This document shows, in pieces, positions 57,411 through 64,000 of a stretch of 64,000 nt of DNA (position 1 is the stretch's first letter; every line of letters begins with the position of its first letter). This DNA comes from Eledone cirrhosa. Its lineage: Eukaryota. The stretch spans positions 26,226,001 through 26,290,000 of the forward strand of contig OZ024762.1 in the NCBI GenBank assembly GCA_964016885.1, in the 5' to 3' direction. Below the pieces are notes generated by a model. It made no database searches and was not told the origin of the DNA. It worked only from the letters and a program-made list of their open reading frames with translations. The position numbers and the translations under genes are program-made.

Positions 57411-60400
57411 CCTTGGTTGTCTATCGTAAACGATGTTGACATCTTCTTTATTTTAGTTCCCGTCTGCCATGGGCACGAAGGTCGCTGTGGAGGCCGATCC
57501 TTGACTTGCAGGTCAGGGGACAGTGGGGGCAGCTGCTGATGTTTTTTTCCTCCTTTCACGGGCCTCAGTGACCTCTGCCCATCTCTTCTCTTCAAAAGAG
57601 TATGTGGCGCGTCTGGTAAGGGCTCGCCACTCAGTCCTGTCTTGAGCATGGGACTCGAGTTGTTTTGGCGCGATTCCAGTGTTGTTGATACTAGATTTCA
57701 CGCAGTCTTTCAACCTCTCCTGCCCCAGTTTCGTTTCCCCGAACATAGTTCCCCATACATCAGTTGCTTCGGAAGCCTGTGATCATCCATCCGGATGACA
57801 TGTCCCACCCATCGAAGTCGGTTCTTCAGTATCATAGCTTCGACACTGGTTGTCTCAGCCATGTCAAGAACTTCGAGGTTGCAGACCTTGTCCTGCCATT
57901 TGATGTTCATAATTGACGGCAGGCTGAGCATGTGGAACCGTTCCAGCTGCTTCAGGTGCCTTCTGTACAGGGTTCATGTCTCACAACCGTAGAGTAGGCT
58001 GGTGAGAACAACAGCCCTGTAAACCTTGAGCTTGGTGGACTGCCTGATGTTGTGCTGGTTCAAAGGGCTTGACTGGCCTTGCAGATGCTGGCGTTATCTC
58101 CTTGCGAAGCTTCAATGGCTGCTGATGACACTGCCGAGGTACTTGAAGTCGTCCACCGTCTTTAGCTGGGTGCCTCCGATGGAGATGGAAGGAGGGTGGG
58201 CGACGGAGGCAAGTGCAGGCTGGAACAGGACCTCAGTCTTGCCAAGGCTAATTGTGAGACCGAAGAGGCAGGCCTCTGCGAACTTGTTGGCGATGACTTG
58301 AAGGTCAGACTCCCTGTGGATCATGAGGGCACAGTCATTAGCAAAAAGTGCTTCCAGGACGATCCTCTGCACGGTCCTTGTCTTGGCCGTCAGGCGCCGC
58401 AGGTCAAACAGTGAGCCGTCCAGTCTGTATCGCAGATACACTCCGTGCTCGAGGTCCCTGACGGCATGATTGAACACGCAGGTGAAGAACAGGTTGAAGA
58501 GGATGGGGGCCAACACGCATCCTTGCTTGACGCCGTTGGTGATTCCGAACGGCTCCGATGCCTCTCCACCCGAGCGCACCTGCCCGGTTATGTCGTCATG
58601 GAATTGCCGTATCAGGTTCACAAACTTTGTCAGGCACCGAAACTTCGACAGGATCAACCAGAGGACCTCCCTGTAGACAGTGTCGAAGGCCTTCGTCAAG
58701 TCTATGAAGACGGCAAAGAGGTCCATGGTCTGCTCGACACACTTCTCCTGCACCTCGCGTACAGAGAAGATCATGTCGATCGTGCTGCGGTTTGGGCGAG
58801 ACCCACATTGGGCCTCAGCAGGTTGTCCTTCGAGATATTGGCGATGAGGCGGTTGAGCATGACCCGAGCCAGGACCTTCGCAGCGATGGAAGGAGAGAAA
58901 TGCTCCGATAGTTGCCACAGTCGGTTTTGCTGCCTTTGTTCTTAAAAATCGAGACAACTGTGGGATCCATGAAGTCTTTGGGCACCTCTTCTTCTTCCCA
59001 TATGCTGACGAGAAGGGTGTGGAAGGCCCCCAGGGCAGCTGGACCGGCCGACTTAAAGATCTCGGCAGGAATCCCGTTCCCAGGGGCCTTTCATGAGCTG
59101 GTCTTGACTTCATCCAACGTGGGGTGGAGGTCGAGGCTGCAGTCTACAGGCTTCTGTGGGACCTGGTCGAGAGCGGCAGGGTCGACAGTGGAGGGACTGT
59201 TGAGCAGGTTGCTGAAGTGCTCTCTCCACCTCGAGTTGATGCTGCTTTTCTCCTTCAGCAGGATCGAGCCGTCAGCAGACAGCAGCGGTGTGGTGACAGG
59301 ATTGGGGGGTCCGCAGACCTCTCCAATGGCGCTGAAGAACATCTTGGAGTTCTTTGTGTCAGCGTATCTCTCGACATCTTCGGCTTTCTTTACCCACCAC
59401 TTGTCCTGCATTCTGCGTAGTGCTGCTTGGGTCTGCCTCTGGAGGTGCTTGAAGCGGTCGCACTTCGAGGTGGAGGAGCTGTCATTCTGCCACTCAATGA
59501 AACCCCTCCTCTTCTTGTCCAGGAGTTGTCTGATGCGCTCATCGTTTTCATCAAACCAGTCCAGGTGGACTCTCTTCCTCGGCCCGATGGTTGCCTTGGC
59601 TGACACTGTCCCCAGCGACCTGAACTGGTCCTACTGTTGAGTTGGGGCTCCGGTCAGTGGTCCATGGGCAGTCAGCCGGCCGCCCATGTCTTCCGCGAAC
59701 TCATCACGATGCTCTGGCCTACAGACTTTCGGAGTCTTGCGATGGGTCGGGGTGATGTGCAGTGACAGGATGGTCCTGACAAGGCGATGGTCGGTCCAAC
59801 ACTCCGCACCACGCATGGCCCTGGTGATTGTGACGTCACGGATATCCCTCCTGCGGCATATGGCAAAGTCAATCAGATGCCACTGCTTGGAACTGGGGTG
59901 TATCCATGTCGTCTTGAACATGTCTGCCTGGCGGAACAGTGTGCGGGTGATGGTGAGGCCGTTCTCGGCGCAGAAACTCAAAAGTATGAGGCCGTTAGAG
60001 TTCAGATTCCCTGTGTAGTGAGGTCCCAGCACGCCTCTCCAGTTGCTGCTGTCAGACCCGACTCTTGCGTTGAAGTCCCCTAGTAGGATGAGTTTATCGC
60101 TTGGGAGGAGGCCCTTAACGAATGCGTTGAGTTCCCCGTAGAAAGCGTCCTTTGCTTCATCGCTGCTGGTGAGAGTGGGGGGCGTACGCACTGATGAATG
60201 TGACATGCCGAGTTGGGTCGAGGGGGAAGTGGAGCTTAATCAGCCGCTCACTCACAGGTGTTGGGAGGTCTGGTTGCTGCTTGCAGAGTGAAGTCCTGAA
60301 AGCCAGGCCTACCCCGTGGATTCTGTCCTCGTCCATTGCATTGCCCTTCCAGAAGCAAGTGTAGCCTCTTTTTGGTTCTGTTACTGATCCTTCTTCGGCA

Positions 60401-61340
60401 AGTCTAGTCTCGCTGAGGGCGGCTATGTCGATCCGGTAGTGAGCTAATTCCCTTGCTATGAAGGCAGTTCTTCTGTCTGGCCTCAAGGATGTTTCCCTAT
60501 CCATGAGGGTGCGCACATTTCATGCGCCAAGATTCAGGTTCTTTCTATTATGTTGGTTTCGACCGCTTGCAAGGGTAAAACCGCCAGCCGCGATAGACTG
60601 GCCGGCTTTGTGTGGGACGAGCATTTGGTTAGGGCTCCTTTTATCGCCCTTCCCCTCGTGTGAGGCTGAGCAGTGCTCCCCTGAAAAGGGCTGCTCAGTC
60701 GCCCGGTGGAACGCCTAATGTCCTCCGTCATCCCAGGGTCAGGCAGAGATCGACTTGCGCATTGAGGCCGCCCACGTGTGGATTTGAGACTGGCAACTCC
60801 CAGAGGTTGCCTCCACCTGTTATCTTTGCCTCTCGCCCATCGCCGCAGGGCTTTGGGAGCGCACGCTAAAGAAGAAACCTGTGCGGGAAAAGTTTATAGT
60901 GGGGGGGCCAGTGCAGAGTGTCGGTGCCACTCACTCGGTCGCAGGAGCCACAATCCTGTGGTACGGAGGACCGTCACGACCAGGCACTTCCTTGGCTGCA
61001 GTGGATGGCCACGACGTCTGTAGTGCGTAGCCGTGCCCTAGCCCTCTACACCGCTTGCTGTCGCCGCCTTCGTAACTGTTGGGACGGATTTTGTCCTCCT
61101 CCACTCACTCCAGTCTTCGCATGCAGGGGCAGGCATCCCCTATCTAACTCACCGGGGGCTTTCAGACCCGTCGGGCTACCCGCAACATGGTTCGGCCCGC
61201 CAGCCAAGGCGGTTTACCAGGGTGTGGCCGCTATAGCATGCTACAGCTGCTTGGAGACACAGGTGAGACCCAATGCAGGGCGAGCTGTCCTGAAAAGGGC
61301 ATCGGTAGCCTCCCCCTACAGAGGTACATGTCCCCCCAGG
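57411..61340 (-). mobile_element. Near full-length RTE/BovB-like LINE (APE + RT, multiple frameshifts and stops)
   Basis: APE: IDIAALSETR, ISAYAP, LLGDFNARVG, WHLIDF, WTDHRLV. RT: FIDLTKAFD, GVKQGCVLAP, LFANDC, FKYLGS, LRWVGHV. GC-rich 5' UTR of about 800 bp. Confidence 0.93.
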
Positions 61341-62484
61341 CATATACACACGTATATACATACACATACATATGTACATGTGTATACACATATTTACACA
61401 TTTTTGGATGGTCGTTGACTCTTATCAGTTCTTCCGCCCTTTGTCATGTTTTGTTTTTAGTCCTGCAGGATGTCCAAAATCACCCTCCTCACCAAGTAAA
61501 CTTGGTGGGGTTGCCAGTTTAGTCGCCAACAACCCGACCATGCGACAGGTTGTACTGGTTTACATGTTACCAGTAGCACTCAAGAGTGACCTGACAAATA
61601 TATACATATTTATATATTTATATATATATACACACACACACACACATATATATACATACATACACACATGGTAGCTGCCAATTCGTTTTCGTGTACGGCC
61701 ACTACTTTATATCCATGTAGGAGAATCCCTACCGATGCGCTGAACAAGTGTGACTTTTTAGTCCAGCCAGTGACTTGAAAGCTCTGGTACAAACACTACA
61801 CTTGTGACAATGATTGACACCTAGTGCTGGGCCCATGGTTCCATGTGACGACAAGTGCAGAGAGATCTCCAGATATAAAGCAATGCCTGTGCCGTGAAGC
61901 TTTTATAGTGAGCAAAGGCACTGCACAAAGCCAATCCCACTCTCTTAACCAAGATGATATTTACCAAAAAGAAGAACAAGTCAACATCATTGGATACCAT
62001 CAGGGTTACAGGTGTTATATCAGAGTTTTCCTTCTCCTAGAATTCTGCCTTGATTTTGGATGGCCATTGACTCTTAAGAGATCCTTTGCTCTTTGACAGA
62101 TTTTGTTTTTAGTCCTGCAGGATGTCCAAAGTCACCCTCCTCACCAAGAAACCTTGATAGGGTTGTCAGTTTAGTCGCCAACGACCCGACCATGGGACAG
62201 GTTGTACTGGGATACATGTTACCAGTAGCACTAACTGGTGACCTGACATACACACATACATAGATATATACATACATATTAGTAAATATGTTGAATTTTC
62301 GGTCATAATGCCGTGTGTTCGATTCTTGGACTGTGTTGTGTTATGTTCTTAAGCAAAACACTTCGTTTGCAGCTGAAACTATGTACCTGTAATAACTGGT
62401 GGTTTAACCCTCCAAATGACTGGCGTCATTTTCAGAACGGAGTCTCTGTGTGTATTAATAACAACTTGTTTCATTATATGGTTT

Positions 62485-63285
62485 TAGTTGGGTGGTTTAT
62501 TGACAGATATGCAGTAAAATCGATAGAGCATTGAACAACATACTTTACGGCATAGAGTTACATCCCTTTACAGTCTGTGTTCAAATCTCACCGAGGTTAG
62601 TTTACACTTTCATCATTACGAGGTTGATAAAATAAAGTACCAGTAACGCACTGGGGTTGATTTAATCGAATTTCCTCTCACCCTAAAATTGTTGGCCTTG
62701 TGTCTAAATCAGAAACAATTATTACTGGATCAAATAAAGTACCAGTAATACACTGGGATAATTGCTGGCCTTGTGCTAAAAGTAGAAACAATTATTACTA
62801 AAGGCGACTGATTGCAGAATCGGTAGAATGTCGAACAATATGCTGTGCGGCATATAGTTGCGTCCTTTTAATTTTGTTCTTAGTTCAAATACCGTTGATG
62901 TTAGCTATCCTTTTCTTCCTTACGGGGTCGATAAAATAAAGTACCAGTAATGCATTAGGGCCAATTTAATCGACTTTCCACTTACCCAAATTTCTTGACG
63001 TTGAGCCTAAATAAGAAACCGAGTTCAAATTCCGTGAAGGTTAGTTTTGCCTTTCATCATTACAGAGTCAATAAAATAAAGTACCAGTAATACACTGCGT
63101 CGATCTAATCGACTTTCCCCTCACCCCAAAATTGCTGGCCTTGTGCCTTTGACAGAAACCGAGTTCAACTTTCCCTTTCCTCCTTACGTAATCGATAAAT
63201 TAATGTACCAATAAAGCACTGAGGTCGATTTAACAGAGTTTCTCCTCACCCCAAATTGATGGACTTGTGCCTAAATAAGACACCA
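62485..63285 (+). mobile_element. Tandem cluster of about 5 major SINE copies or fragments
   Basis: ATAAAATAAAGTACCAGTAA recurs near 62627, 62733, 62931, 63071 and 63195. Confidence 0.8.
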
Positions 63286-64000
63286 TGGGATGGATTGATG
63301 ATAATTATTGTAACAATTATTTATTAATAGACTTTTCTTATATTTATTTATTCAATTGGGGTGTGGGTGGTGGTGTTGGGAGGGACTTCGTCAAATCGGA
63401 CCAAGGAAACAATGTTTCCATTGGTCTTTCCATTCAACTACTGGCACAAAGAGCAACGTGAAATAAAGTGTCTTTCTCAAGGACACAATGCATCGCCCTG
63501 TCCGAGAATTGAACCCTTAGACTGGGTTGTATTGAGTTCTTGAGAAAAACACTTCATTATCGCTCTGGTTGATCGACAAGATCCCAGACCTCATTGGTTT
63601 TCCGAGTGGGGTGAACCTCGTGAAATCGGGCCAAGGAAACAATATTTCCATTGGTCTTTCCATTGCTGACATTATATATCGGTCGCAACACCGGGTAGAA
63701 GGAGCTACGTGAAGTAAAGTGTCATTCTCAAGGACATAACGCATCAACCGGTCTGAGGATTGAACTCGCAACCTCACAATTGCAAAACCAACTCTCTAAC
63801 CACGAAGTCACGCGCCTTCATTTCACTCAGCTGAAAATAAGAACCAGCAATAACATCTGGGGGTTTAACTCTGCAATGGACTGGTGTCGTGTCCATGACG
63901 AGGAAACCTGATACGCTCAGTCGCTTAACGCCACGGATACCAGGCTAAGCACCGGGCCGATGAGCCTCGGGGCCGGAGGGGAACTTTAGTGTCTTGCTCA

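Overview
This is an AT-rich, repeat-saturated eukaryotic window. The tRNA-derived SINE with the GTCGATAAAATAAAGTACCAG tail and the (TA)n/(CA)n load suggest an octopod cephalopod (inference). I could not confidently identify any host protein-coding gene; most ORF-track entries are microsatellite artefacts. Recognisable content: two decayed Penelope-like (PLE) RT+GIY-YIG subfamilies, a near full-length RTE/BovB-like LINE, a Tx1/L1-like LINE, R4/Dong-like and CRE-like 3' ends, an RTE 3' fragment with a twin-priming inversion, an internally deleted LTR element with a tRNA-Trp PBS, a rearranged mariner, a Tc1/pogo-type MITE, Helentron/HINE-like elements, many SINEs and several satellites. The most striking signal is about a dozen mostly unrelated short fold-back elements sitting in (TA)n. 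They share the autonomous Penelope architecture (inverted arm + arm + unique 3' tail), and most carry type I hammerhead ribozyme cores. These include versions with a very long stem II, a compensatory U3-A8 core and recurrent U4C cores. All folds were read by eye and are untested, and coordinates may be off by a few bases.
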